Assembly (NCBI GenBank): GCA_026983715.1
Contig: JALSTM010000119.1
Coordinates: forward strand, 1 to 59,075
DNA: 59,075 bases
Reading direction: 5' to 3'
DNA from: Desulfobacterales bacterium
GTDB taxonomy: Bacteria > Desulfobacterota > Syntrophobacteria > B119-G9
In this document: piece by piece, positions 49,383-59,043 of the stretch
Position numbering within the stretch: position 1 is the stretch's first letter
Layout: the number at the start of each line of letters is the position of its first letter
Program-made: the position numbers and the translations under genes
Notes under the pieces: model-generated
Told to the model about the DNA's origin: nothing
The model's database searches: none
What the model saw: the letters and a program-made list of their open reading frames with translations, nothing else

Positions 49383-49521
49383 GAAACCGAGTTTTTCATA
49401 CCCAGAGCTAAAACCGTGGTCTACCTTGGTCGCAACCAGGAATTTCTATCACCCCATAACCCACGGTTTTAACCGTGGGAGAAACACTAAAACTCATCCA
49501 CAAACCGATTCATCGGTTTCA
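49383..49521. repeat. palindromic-repeat cluster 1 (CCCACGGTTTTAACCGTGGG type, bounded by AACCGATTCATCGGTTT-type palindromes)
   Basis: The region reads gaaaccgagtttttcat ... cccagagctaaaaccgtggt ... cccacggttttaaccgtggg ... aaaccgattcatcggtttc. Confidence 0.75.
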
Positions 49522-49643
49522 CTTATACCTTGGTTAGTTTGCTGCAAAGTCTGTTAACCTATTTAACCGCCGTAAAGAACCGGCACATTGTTAGCTTCTA
49601 AGAATAAATGGGCATTCCTGGGCTCCGATCAAGCGAGGTACTA

Positions 49644-51131
49644 TCATGCTGCCAATCCTGCGGAAGTACCAGACTTTCTAAGAAAACTCTTCAGCCCCAA
49701 AAGCGAATTCAACACATCATTCCAGAAAGGTGCCCCGAAGGAAATGAGTACTGCAGTGATAATCAATCCCAGGATCTTGGTAACGAGAACGAGGGGATCT
49801 TCCAGGTGAGATATGAGGGCATCAAATCTTTGAGAATTCCAACCCAGAGGCAATTCCACAGCACGTAGAAGACGCTTTTGCATCTCAACGGTTGTCAATT
49901 GAAGGGCCGCATACCTACGGGTCAGGTAAAAAAGAGCCGTACCAAGATCATCAAAAATAGCACGAATCCGTTCGCCGCCAAGTTCTTTTGCCGGAACATC
50001 TCTTTCCAGGTGACGTTTTAGATTACCGATTATATCATCTCCACCCTTTTCTGGTTGATAAGGAACTACTTTGCCACTCCTTTTTTCCACATCGAACCCC
50101 AAATCCTTGTAAAGCTCAAAATATTTTTCCAGAGCCAGGTATAACGCTTTGTATTTTCGATAATACTTCCTGTATGAATCCGCGTCCAACCTTTGGTTTT
50201 CTTCCAGGTAGTTTTCAATTTTGATTGCAAGATCGGAGAGTTCATTTATTGAAGCGCTCATAGGTTTCAGATCTACGCGGGTGGTTAGCAGGTCTGCCTT
50301 TTTCATTATTGCGGTTCGCACCTGGGGTGCATCTCTGAGGGTTCGATAAATGACGATAGAATCTGCATTCAGAAGGAAAACCATGGCAAGGCCGATACAA
50401 AATGTCCATACATTTATTTTTCTCACATACCTGTTTTCAAGGTCTCGTAATAGAGTCTCTCCCCTTAGAGAAAAACTGGTGTGAAGGTGAAAGATAAATT
50501 TTTCCACGCGGTCAAAAGTCTCGTTCAGTTCCTTAATAATGGCCAACATATCTCCCTTTAGTTTCAAAATTTCGTCTTCGACACCCGGCAAGGTGGATAT
50601 TCTTAGCAGAAGCTCTTCACATTTTCTTTGAACGCTTTTCAAGTCTTCCAGCGAGACCGTGTGCGACGAATGAGAAAACAGTTTCTTGTAGAGCTTGAAA
50701 ACATCATCAAAATCAATTACCAAGAGACTTGATACCAGTGGTAGGAGCTTCTTCCTGAAATCCACGAAGGCCGATCTTACGCTGGTGGTATCCTTACCAG
50801 GAGTCTCTTCAAGGAAATGTTCGAGATCAAGAAGGAAAGCCCGGATTTTTCTAAAGTCTTCAGCAAGGGAATTAATCGTTTTCTGAAAACCCTTGAATCT
50901 CTCTAGGGTTGACCCTATCGAACTCCGTTCTTTTCTGCTGCTAAGAGCTTCTTTTTCACGAAGTGAAACTCCAGGGAAAAGCTGTTTGTACATTTCAACA
51001 AGAAAATTCTCATACACAGCCCACCTTAGTTTCAGCAGGTTTTTGATGGCTTCAACAATTATTTGCAAAAAAACAGAGAGGCCGATTATTACCAGAACAT
51101 AGGAAATTAATACATCGAGGTTCTCCTGCAT
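49644..51131 (-). CDS. hypothetical 495-aa membrane protein with coiled-coil loops
   Basis: It has hydrophobic helices at the N terminus (VLISYVLVIIGLSVFLQIIV), mid-protein (VWTFCIGLAMVFLL) and C terminus (ILGLIITAVLISFGAPFW). Long charged helical regions lie between them. Confidence 0.6.
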   Translation of the reverse strand: MQENLDVLISYVLVIIGLSVFLQIIVEAIKNLLKLRWAVYENFLVEMYKQLFPGVSLREKEALSSRKERSSIGSTLERFKGFQKTINSLAEDFRKIRAFLLDLEHFLEETPGKDTTSVRSAFVDFRKKLLPLVSSLLVIDFDDVFKLYKKLFSHSSHTVSLEDLKSVQRKCEELLLRISTLPGVEDEILKLKGDMLAIIKELNETFDRVEKFIFHLHTSFSLRGETLLRDLENRYVRKINVWTFCIGLAMVFLLNADSIVIYRTLRDAPQVRTAIMKKADLLTTRVDLKPMSASINELSDLAIKIENYLEENQRLDADSYRKYYRKYKALYLALEKYFELYKDLGFDVEKRSGKVVPYQPEKGGDDIIGNLKRHLERDVPAKELGGERIRAIFDDLGTALFYLTRRYAALQLTTVEMQKRLLRAVELPLGWNSQRFDALISHLEDPLVLVTKILGLIITAVLISFGAPFWNDVLNSLLGLKSFLRKSGTSAGLAA

Positions 51132-51264
51132 GGGTTGATCTCCTGATTTCTACCCTACCCTGTAGCAATTGAGATTATCCGTATCCACGCAGAGATAGAG
51201 TTTGTTTAATTTTCATTTGTTCCTTTAAGATAACCCCTACCCATAGAAAATGAGAAATAGAAAC

Positions 51265-52134
51265 TTAAACAACGGCTTCAGAGATTTCATCAATGGCACT
51301 TGCATAAGCCTGGGCAAGGCCATCCTTGTTATTCATCGCCCTTTCCAGGTCATTATCGTTATCGATAAAAAAAGGCTCTGCAATCACGCACGGTGCGTTA
51401 GTGTAACGAAGAAGGTAACCTCCCCTATCTTCGGCTGTTTTCGGCTTTATGCCCCTACTTGGCAATTTGAGGCATCCCACCAGGTGTCTCAAAATAATCT
51501 CCGCCATTCTTTTGCCCCGTGTCGACTTGTGGTAGTAGAGTATCTCCGTACCCGAAGCTTTTTTATTAAACGCGTTACAGTGGAGGCTCACCACGAAGTC
51601 TGGATCAAGGGAGTTGATATCGCCTGGAAGTTCCCTGTACGTTCTCCTGTATATTCTCTGTACTTCAGTAGTGCGAACCTTCTTTTCAATCCTCAGCGCC
51701 AGATCTTCGTTGAACTCGAATTCACTGATACTTGAATTTACGTTCACGGCTCCAGGAGATCGCTTTTTGTGCCCAATTACAAGAGCACAAAGCTTTCTAT
51801 CTTCTTCCGGAATTTTTACTTCAGGCACGGGTTCCGCATGTTCGCCTTTGATATCCTCAAGAGTGAGGATGCCTTTTTTAAGGAGGGTCCTCACGATAAT
51901 GGCACTCACGGGAGAAAGAACCTCAACGATGGTAGCCGAGTAAATAACATTTCCGGACTTTATACCGCTTACCAGTGCCATTTTGCCAGCATCTTCACTA
52001 GATACCTTAAGAACGCCAGACTCGGGACTAACCGCTTCCTGCAAAGAAACGGCGGTCATCAGGAGTTTCTTAGAGTCAACCCTCAGAAAACCATCCCTAT
52101 CCAGGACACCAAGAATTAAATCACCTTTTTCCAT
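51265..52134 (-). CDS. N-acetylmuramoyl-L-alanine amidase (Amidase_3) with an unrecognised N-terminal domain of about 110 aa
   Basis: The sequence LVIGHKKRSPGAVN...VSLHCNAF...GTEILYY...AEPFFIDNDND matches the Zn-amidase Amidase_3 pattern. Confidence 0.75.
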   Translation of the reverse strand: MEKGDLILGVLDRDGFLRVDSKKLLMTAVSLQEAVSPESGVLKVSSEDAGKMALVSGIKSGNVIYSATIVEVLSPVSAIIVRTLLKKGILTLEDIKGEHAEPVPEVKIPEEDRKLCALVIGHKKRSPGAVNVNSSISEFEFNEDLALRIEKKVRTTEVQRIYRRTYRELPGDINSLDPDFVVSLHCNAFNKKASGTEILYYHKSTRGKRMAEIILRHLVGCLKLPSRGIKPKTAEDRGGYLLRYTNAPCVIAEPFFIDNDNDLERAMNNKDGLAQAYASAIDEISEAVV

Positions 52135-52637
52135 TAGATTTCTCCCGTTTGCGGTAATAGGTCACTCGTTTCTGACAACAAAGTTATCTATTACGCATCT
52201 CCCTTTTTCGCTGAATATATACTGGCTTTACCGATAAGACACGCCTCGGTTACCCAAGGATCCCCTGTGAAATAGGTGTCCTGCCAACCCCAAGCCAAGT
52301 GAACCAAAAACGTTAATCAAGGCATCAAGAAGTAGCAGAGGGAGCGGTAACATTCTATTACCTCATCCGCAGGACGCATAGAAAGTCTAAGAGCTAACCA
52401 GATAGTGATAGATCTCGGCGTGATAAGCTATCCTCAATTCGGAATTTCGCTAAGCTCGTAATGTTCTTAACATAACACACAAAAACTGGCCGGGAAAGCA
52501 GAATATGGGTACTATCTATAAAAACCTTCTGTTGACTTTAAAGGGTTAGCTGTACTAAGAGATTGAGCGTTTCATAAAGATACGAGAAATTTGCCAGAGA
52601 CCTGTACAAAATATCAACCAACTGAGGAACAGTCAAA

Positions 52638-53492
52638 ATGATAGATTTGCATACACATTCAACAGCGTCTGATGGTTCTCTTGCTCCCACCGAGTTAGTG
52701 AACTACGCCAAGACAAAAGGGATAGAAGTACTGGCACTAACAGACCATGACACCATAGCGGGGATCGCAGAAGGGATAGAGGCGGCTAGGAAAGCAGCAA
52801 TTGATTTTATTCCCGGAGTCGAAATAAGTGCGCTATGGCTTATAGGAACCATGCACATACTCGGATATTATATTGATCCCGACAGCGAGTTGTTGCACGG
52901 TACTTTAGAACATCTGCAGAAGTTGCGAGATGAAAGAAATCACAAGATTATTGAAAAGTTAAGAGAACACGGCGTGGATATTACATACGAGGAAGTGGAG
53001 AGGGTAGCTGGAGGCCAAATAGGTAGGCTTCACATATCCAGGATACTCATAGAAAAGGGATACGCCTCGGACGTGCAATCGGCATTCAAGAAATTTCTTA
53101 CAAATGGAGCCCCCACCTATATCCCGAAGGTACGTCTCGAACCACCCAGGGCAATCAAATTGATAAAAGACTCCGGTGGTATCCCTGTTCTTGCACACCC
53201 GTGCACCCTTGGCTTAGATGATTTTCAAGACCTAAAGAATCTCTTCGTCGAACTCAAAGAGTCGGGAATCGAAGGGATCGAGGCATATTACCCGGATCAT
53301 TCCAAGGAACTCACGGAGTTTTGCCTGGAGATGGCCAGAGAATTGAAGCTTCTGGTCACCGGAGGCAGCGACTTTCACGGGAGCAACAAGAAGCACATCG
53401 ATCTGGGTGTTGGGCGCGGAGACCTCCTAATACCCGATGAACTCGCTGTTGGGTTAAAAGAATACAGGGAGAAGAAAAGTCTCACGGGGTAG
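52638..53492 (+). CDS. PHP-domain phosphoesterase (TrpH/YciV-like)
   Basis: It contains IDLHTHSTASDGS...LTDHDT...AHP...GGSDFHG. Confidence 0.85.
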   Translation: MIDLHTHSTASDGSLAPTELVNYAKTKGIEVLALTDHDTIAGIAEGIEAARKAAIDFIPGVEISALWLIGTMHILGYYIDPDSELLHGTLEHLQKLRDERNHKIIEKLREHGVDITYEEVERVAGGQIGRLHISRILIEKGYASDVQSAFKKFLTNGAPTYIPKVRLEPPRAIKLIKDSGGIPVLAHPCTLGLDDFQDLKNLFVELKESGIEGIEAYYPDHSKELTEFCLEMARELKLLVTGGSDFHGSNKKHIDLGVGRGDLLIPDELAVGLKEYREKKSLTG

Positions 53493-53529
53493 GACTCGGC
53501 TCAAAAGAACAAGGTGAGAGTATTGAGCT

Positions 53530-54306
53530 ATGAAGATTACCGACTTTAGGGTTTGCACTGTTGGAACAGGGACAGGAGTTCCGAGGGTCAAACGAAGATC
53601 CCCAGCTACCTTGGTCAAGATAAACAGGCACCTGCTCCTGTTCGACACTGGTCCCGGAACGTTGAGGGCCCTTGAAGAAGCAGGAAGAAGTTTCCGCGAT
53701 ATTGATTATATTTTCTATACTCACTTTCACCCTGATCACCTGAGCGATTTGGTTCCCTTTCTTTTCGTGGCACATTCCCCTGACTATGGCAGAAAAAAAC
53801 CCGTGGAAATCTGGGGAGCCCGCGGACTTGCCAAAATATATCACAAGTACGTGGAAATATTCGGGCACTGGGTGGAGTTATCCCCATCCGAACTTTCCAT
53901 AAAAGAAATCGATTCCCGACAAATCAACAATTTCGAGGTACCATTTGGAAAGCTAATAACTTACCCGATGTACCACACGTCAAGAAGTGTGGGATACAGA
54001 ATTGAGATTGACGATGTCCCCTACCTTGCTATCACGGGAGACACCGAGTACGGTGAAAACGTACTGAAGCTTGCCCGGAACGTAAAAATCCTGGTGGCTG
54101 AATGTTCTTTTCCCGACCCAAAAGAACCCAGGGGACATCTCACCCCATCAAGGGTTGGGCGAATTGCCCGGGAAGCAAACTGCAAACACCTCGTGCTTAC
54201 CCACATGTATCCGGAGTGCGACAAGGTGAACCTCTTTGAACAGGTCAGAAAAGAGTTTGACGGTAGAATAACCGTCGGAAGAGACCTCATGTGGATAGTG
54301 TTTTAG
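53530..54306 (+). CDS. MBL-fold metallo-hydrolase (RNase Z/BN-like)
   Basis: It carries the HFHPDH motif and a later LTH. Confidence 0.8.
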   Translation: MKITDFRVCTVGTGTGVPRVKRRSPATLVKINRHLLLFDTGPGTLRALEEAGRSFRDIDYIFYTHFHPDHLSDLVPFLFVAHSPDYGRKKPVEIWGARGLAKIYHKYVEIFGHWVELSPSELSIKEIDSRQINNFEVPFGKLITYPMYHTSRSVGYRIEIDDVPYLAITGDTEYGENVLKLARNVKILVAECSFPDPKEPRGHLTPSRVGRIAREANCKHLVLTHMYPECDKVNLFEQVRKEFDGRITVGRDLMWIVF

Positions 54307-54318
54307 TCATTCTCAGAA

Positions 54319-54832
54319 TTAAGGAAACTCGGATAAATTCGGATCTTTAGAACTAGTGAATCGATTCCTAAAGAACATTTGCAACATTCTGTCATTGCGA
54401 GGATCCCGCACCCACTTTATGACAATGTTTCCGACTTAATATCAAGATGTATGGCTTAAAGTGGGTGCGGGAGACGAAGCAATCTCCCTCGAATATCAAA
54501 GCGTTGGAGATTGCTTCTCCCGCGCTTACTTCAAATACGACTATTTGCCACTGCTCCTACAATTCGCAGGAAGTGGGTGCAGGATCGCAATAACTATGCT
54601 TTAGCTTTGTGTTTGACACAATCCTAAATCCGTGATCGTTCACCTGGGCCGCAGATGCAAAGAAAAGCCCGGCAGGTGATAACGCCAAAGATCCGGTGCA
54701 CCTCGACGACTTGCAGGGCGCAAAAAAGATTGCTTGAGAAGGTGAAGAATAATGCCCCTCGCTATGTAGCCACTAATGAGCAATTTAGACATGTGATACA
54801 AATTAGCCATAAAGTTTCGTCACGGATTCAGG
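54319..54832 (+). repeat. composite repeat block, right copy (leader repeat, rearranged M2 element, M1 MITE)
   Basis: 54319-54402 matches 44091-44175. A compound palindromic M2-like element lies at 54391-54594. An M1 copy lies at 54623-54832. Confidence 0.8.
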
Positions 54833-54898
54833 AAGATATCAAATAAAGGAGTAAGCCGAAGCCTGTCATTCCTTTGCGAAATACCAGTCATGTGATGT

Positions 54899-55156
54899 GA
54901 GAAACCGATGAATCGGTTCTTGGGGTTCGTATGCTATTTATACCCACGGTTAAAACCGTGGGCTACCTGACCCATCAGCCGAACAGCGTTCCCTTCAATC
55001 CACGGTTTTAACCAGGATCTGTCCGTATTTTTAGAGTTCGCCACCTTGAACCCACGGTTTTAACCTTACATCCTTACATGGATATCCTGCTAGCCCACGG
55101 TTTTAACCGTGGGTAGATGATGGACCAATTACATCAATAACCGATTCATCGGTTTC
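54899..55156. repeat. palindromic-repeat cluster 2
   Basis: Four copies or half-copies of CCCACGGTT(T/A)AAACC(GTGGG) lie at 54943, 55000, 55041 and 55094. They are bounded by gaaaccgatgaatcggttc and aaccgattcatcggtttc. Confidence 0.8.
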
Positions 55157-55646
55157 TAACCAAAGGAGAAATTTTAATCAAGGAGAAAATCTTATAACCA
55201 TGGGTTTCTAGAACTAGCAATTAATTGAAGTAGGACAAAAACAATCCAAAATCCGTCATTCAGTCCGAAACGAAGCGGAGAGCCGGAATCTATCACCGTC
55301 ACCGTTTATCTAGATGTCGAAGATGCGCCTCAGGTGTCCCGCATCAAAGCCTGCCCCTTATCTAGTCAGGGGGCGGTATGACGTGCAAATGATCCTCGGG
55401 GTATTTGCGTAATTAATCAGGGGTTCCTTTAATCTAATTTCAAAAGAATTGTAGGAAGTGTGATGTTCTACATGAATTTGATCAGATTTTTTCTCCACGT
55501 CTTTATAACTTTAGGGATTTTTTACCTGCCTAAAATCAACTGGAAGCAATTCCATGCAGGAGTATTTGTGCCAAAAATCCTGGCCTAGCGCCCCGCGCTT
55601 TCTTGAACCACGGATTAGTACCGAGCCATCATTCCTCGAGTCGCCA

Positions 55647-56000
55647 CTAATCCTTTAAAGGAGATTCCTTATTCAGGATTTCTTTAATTTTCAGCCGAAG
55701 AGTTGGGATCTTGTTAGTTACAACATCCCACACGATCTCATAGTCTATTCCAAAATAATCGTGTATTAATTTGTCTCTCATCCCTGCCATAGCTTTCCAT
55801 TCAATGCGAGGATATTTTTACTTGAACTCAGAAGGAATCTTCTTAACTGCTTCACCAATAATTTCGATGCTTCGTACAAAGGCCCTTTTCATGGTTTCAT
55901 CGTCAAGAAAATCTTCTTTCCCTCAATTTGCTGATTGTTCTATGAGATATTCAATTTCATCCATAACATGGCGTAGGTACTCAAGAGGAAAAATTGACAT
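55647..56000 (-). pseudogene. HepT (DUF86) toxin gene inactivated by two in-frame stop codons
   Basis: My manual minus-strand translation is MSIFPLEYLRHVMDEIEYLIEQSAN*GKEDFLDDETMKRAFVRSIEIIGEAVKKIPSEFK*KYPRIEWKAMAGMRDKLIHDYFGIDYEIVWDVV... The stops are a TGA at 55923-55925 and a TAA at 55818-55820. The Rx4HxY motif is still present. The gene overlaps the MNT stop by 20 nt. Confidence 0.75.
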
Positions 56001-56316
56001 ATTCCACCTCTCTAATAATATGTGGGCCGATGTATGGGCTGAGAGCATCAATTGTAATTAGCTCTACTCGACGCTCAAGGATTTCCTCTAAAAAGAAGGC
56101 GAGCTCTATAAAATTATCGAAGCTCTTTTTATCTTCCTCAAACTCCACTAGTAAATCTATATCGCTTTCGCGCTTGTATTCGCTACGAACAAAGGAGCCA
56201 AAGAGACCCAATCTCCTTACTCCGTAAGACATTATTTTGTCTTGGTTTGAACGGATTAACTCCAGAACGTGTTCTTTCGTCTCAATCTCTCGCGCTGTCA
56301 TATAATCACCTATCAT
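55981..56316 (-). CDS. mntA: MNT-type nucleotidyltransferase antitoxin (divergent from the copy at 5470-5760)
   Basis: It contains LGLFGSFVRSEYKRESDIDLLVE. The product is 111 aa. Confidence 0.85.
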   Translation of the reverse strand: MIGDYMTAREIETKEHVLELIRSNQDKIMSYGVRRLGLFGSFVRSEYKRESDIDLLVEFEEDKKSFDNFIELAFFLEEILERRVELITIDALSPYIGPHIIREVEYVNFSS

Positions 56317-56510
56317 TTTTTTATCAATCTATTGGTAGTTTAACAAGTTATTATATGATTTCTAGATATCTAGCAAACACAAGATAGATTGACAAGGATA
56401 GCGCAAGAATTCGTCTGTAGAAAGTTGCTTACCCTTTCTTCTGTGTCCTTTCCTTGTGGCATCCTTCCTTCACACCGTGAAGTTCTATTAGTTTGACTCA
56501 TGTCATGGGA

Positions 56511-56717
56511 TCAAGTCTGCTCTTGACTCATGTTGAGGTCGTGTTTTATTTGCTCAATTCGTTTTTTGAGAGTGCGACCTTTGATTGTCCTTTACTTTGT
56601 GTGGAACCACTCCCATTTCTCCGACCGACTAAGATAGCCTTTTTGGCTGCTCAACTCATAGCATTTTGAGCGATCCTCCTTTCCCGCTGCCAGGGGATTT
56701 CTGTGGATATCACCCCA
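56511..56717 (-). pseudogene. second copy of the IS200/RAYT-like transposase C-terminal remnant, with an internal stop
   Basis: The minus-strand translation is ...QKGYLSRSEKWEWFHTK*RTIKGRTLKKRIEQIKHDLNMSQEQT*, homologous to 5959-6165. Confidence 0.3.
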
Positions 56718-58050
56718 TTATTGACTCCACTAGGATCTCCAGGTGTGAGGCAAGGACAGACTAGACCCAAATACTTTCAGAAATTAATACGAGATTTTCA
56801 TGCTTTGTGAGACGCGTACCATCTGAAGGTTTTAAAAATGCGAGTCCCTTTCAACAGTAGGGTGGGCTGTGCCCACCATTTTAGGGGAGCCGAGATGAGA
56901 ATTCCCTACTTTGTAAAAGGGGGATTTCATGCTTTCTTACATGATGAAGGTTTGTTATGTCTTCAACTCTAAGTAGATCCTTGGAGAAGGTTTTATCGGT
57001 CGTTGTGGCTGACCCAATATGGTCCAGCTATACTTGCGAGTCACCAGAAAGAGTATTACGCTATTTTTCCTAAAAAGCAGGCTTCTTATCTTATGAGTTT
57101 TAAATCCCCCTATGTTAGGTGCACCTCAACCCCACTACATTTACACCATTTATTTTTTCGTAAACCTCAGTGACACCCTTCAACAACTCATCCCAACTCT
57201 TTGTATTCCCCTCTTTTTCAGTCCTGTTATCAATAACCAAGAATACTGCAAATCCACTTGACGCAATCCATGCAGGGTACCATCGACAACCTTCCACTAC
57301 GACGAGTTAACAAAAGGGGAACGACGCAGGAATCTCCCTGGAATGTCGAGGTGTCAGAGATTACTTCGCCACGCTCGCGATGACCTTGATCCAAATTTCC
57401 ATCGGGTTAGAGGATTGGTTTCCTCCGGATCATTTTCATTCAGAAGACGAGAAAACGTAACCTCGGAGAGGTAAAGAATTAGCTAGCCTATGGTTTCCAC
57501 CGTGGGCATGATAGATTCGAAGTATAACAGATTGAAATAATTCCCTATAAACATGTAACGTTTTAGCGTGTCATAGTTCTTATACTACCACTGCCATCAT
57601 AAATGAACCGCTCGCTTTGCTCAAGCCGCGAAGAACTATAAGAAGGAAAATATTGGGGGCGGCCGATTAATGCTGCCCACAGTGTCTTGCACCCTTTCAG
57701 GCTAGCAAGGGCAATGGACAACACGCATATCCTAGGAAACGCACGCAAGACACAAAGTTTCGGGTGCCAACTCAAGGTGTCTGAACTTAACAGCATGCCC
57801 GAAGGGCAGGTTTCTTTCCTTGAGCAGGCACTTGCCCCGTGAAATTTTTATCCAGTGAAACCTTGAATTGTTTCACCAGGACCGAAAGACATGTAGTATT
57901 TCACTGGGGAACTGCTCAAGGAAAAAAGAGTATCCCTTTGCGCTCTTTGCCTGCCCCGTTAAATCTTGTAACATTTAACGAGGGCGTCTTGGCGGTTCAA
58001 ACTTGGTTCGGCTCGCTGCCTTAGTTTTGTAAGCCGGTTAGCGACTTTTT

Positions 58051-59043
58051 TTAAGCTCGGCGGTCACAGATGTAATCCGCAATATCGATCAGAACCTCCT
58101 TGGTAGGACAATTATCGAAGATGCTAAGCGCTTGCTTTGCACTGTAGATGTGTTTTCTCGCCAGATCAAGGGTATATTCAATGCCACCTGATGATTTGAC
58201 GATTTCTTTAACTTCCCTGAACTCCCTTTCACCGATTTCGTCCCCCGTGACAAGTTCCAGCAGCCTCGACCGAACCTTTTCCTCACAATTGTTGAAAGCA
58301 TGTATAAGGGGAAGGGTGACATTACCTTCCTGCAAGTCGTTGCCGATGGGTTTTCCGAACTCTTCCTCAGTCCCGATGTAATCTAAGGCATCGTCCGTTA
58401 ATTGAAATGCAAGGCCGAGGTTTCTCCCGAAGCTCGCCATCGCCTCTTCTTCTTCGTTGCTCGCTCCTCCAAAGATGGCACCAACCTGGCACGCCGCCTG
58501 GATAAGCACTGCTGTCTTCCTTGTTATCACTTCCATGTACTCGGGGATTGTTATTTCCAGATTATCCGAGTTTACAAGCTGGAGGACTTCTCCCTCCGCC
58601 ATGATGGTGGTGGTTTTGGATATAACGTCAAGAATCTTTAGGTTCCGGTAACCAACGGTTAAGAGTATTGACTTGGAGTAGAGGTAGTCTCCGATGAGTA
58701 CCACCGCGGGATTCCCCCAAATGGTGTTGGCGGCAGGCTGACCACGACGGAGTTCGGCCTTATCCACCACGTCATCATGGAGCAACGTTGCGGCATGCAG
58801 GTATTCAAACACCACTGCAAGAGTTATGTCTTCATTCCCTTCATAACCGCACAACCTGGCGGAAAGAATCATAAGCAACGGCCTAAGCCTTTTCCCGCCA
58901 CTATTCATGATGTAGTTGCCAACTCTGGAAATGAGAGGAACTGTGGAATCTAAGTGGACGGCAATCTCTTCTTCAATTCGCTCCAGGTCAGGTTTTACGT
59001 GGGCTAATATGCGTTTTTTCTGCAAAGAGCTTTTCAGGTTCAC
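58051..59043 (-). CDS. trans-polyprenyl diphosphate synthase (IspB/HepT-synthase class)
   Basis: It has the first DDxxD motif (LLHDDVVD) and the second (LTDDALDY). The product is 330 aa with a GTG start. Confidence 0.85.
   Translation of the reverse strand: MNLKSSLQKKRILAHVKPDLERIEEEIAVHLDSTVPLISRVGNYIMNSGGKRLRPLLMILSARLCGYEGNEDITLAVVFEYLHAATLLHDDVVDKAELRRGQPAANTIWGNPAVVLIGDYLYSKSILLTVGYRNLKILDVISKTTTIMAEGEVLQLVNSDNLEITIPEYMEVITRKTAVLIQAACQVGAIFGGASNEEEEAMASFGRNLGLAFQLTDDALDYIGTEEEFGKPIGNDLQEGNVTLPLIHAFNNCEEKVRSRLLELVTGDEIGEREFREVKEIVKSSGGIEYTLDLARKHIYSAKQALSIFDNCPTKEVLIDIADYICDRRA

Larger units (their letters stand above)
55338..56768. repeat. about 1.4 kb duplicated block, copy B (copy A at 4775-6212)
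   Basis: The flanks are near-identical to copy A. The internal TA genes differ. Confidence 0.85.

Noticed and set aside
49588-49868. 73-aa and 86-aa plus-strand ORFs
   Set aside because: They overlap the 3' end of the 495-aa minus-strand gene on the opposite strand. They have no supporting signals.
54899-55156. Possible small CRISPR array made of repeated CCCACGGTTTTAACC units
   Set aside because: The units are only 15-20 bp, self-palindromic and partly truncated. Their spacing is irregular (56, 42 and 53 bp). The same grammar recurs at 49383-49521, and no cas genes are present. This fits REP/BIME-like elements better.
55923-55925. The in-frame TGA in the HepT gene as a possible selenocysteine or readthrough codon
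   Set aside because: A second in-frame stop (TAA at 55818-55820) lies further downstream and no SECIS-like context was evident. Pseudogenisation is the simpler reading.
57563-58024. 77-aa and 61-aa ORFs upstream of the polyprenyl synthase
   Set aside because: The intergenic region is full of short repeats (TGCC(T)GCCCCGT(G/T)AAAT, and partial leader-repeat copies). I see no RBS or motifs.
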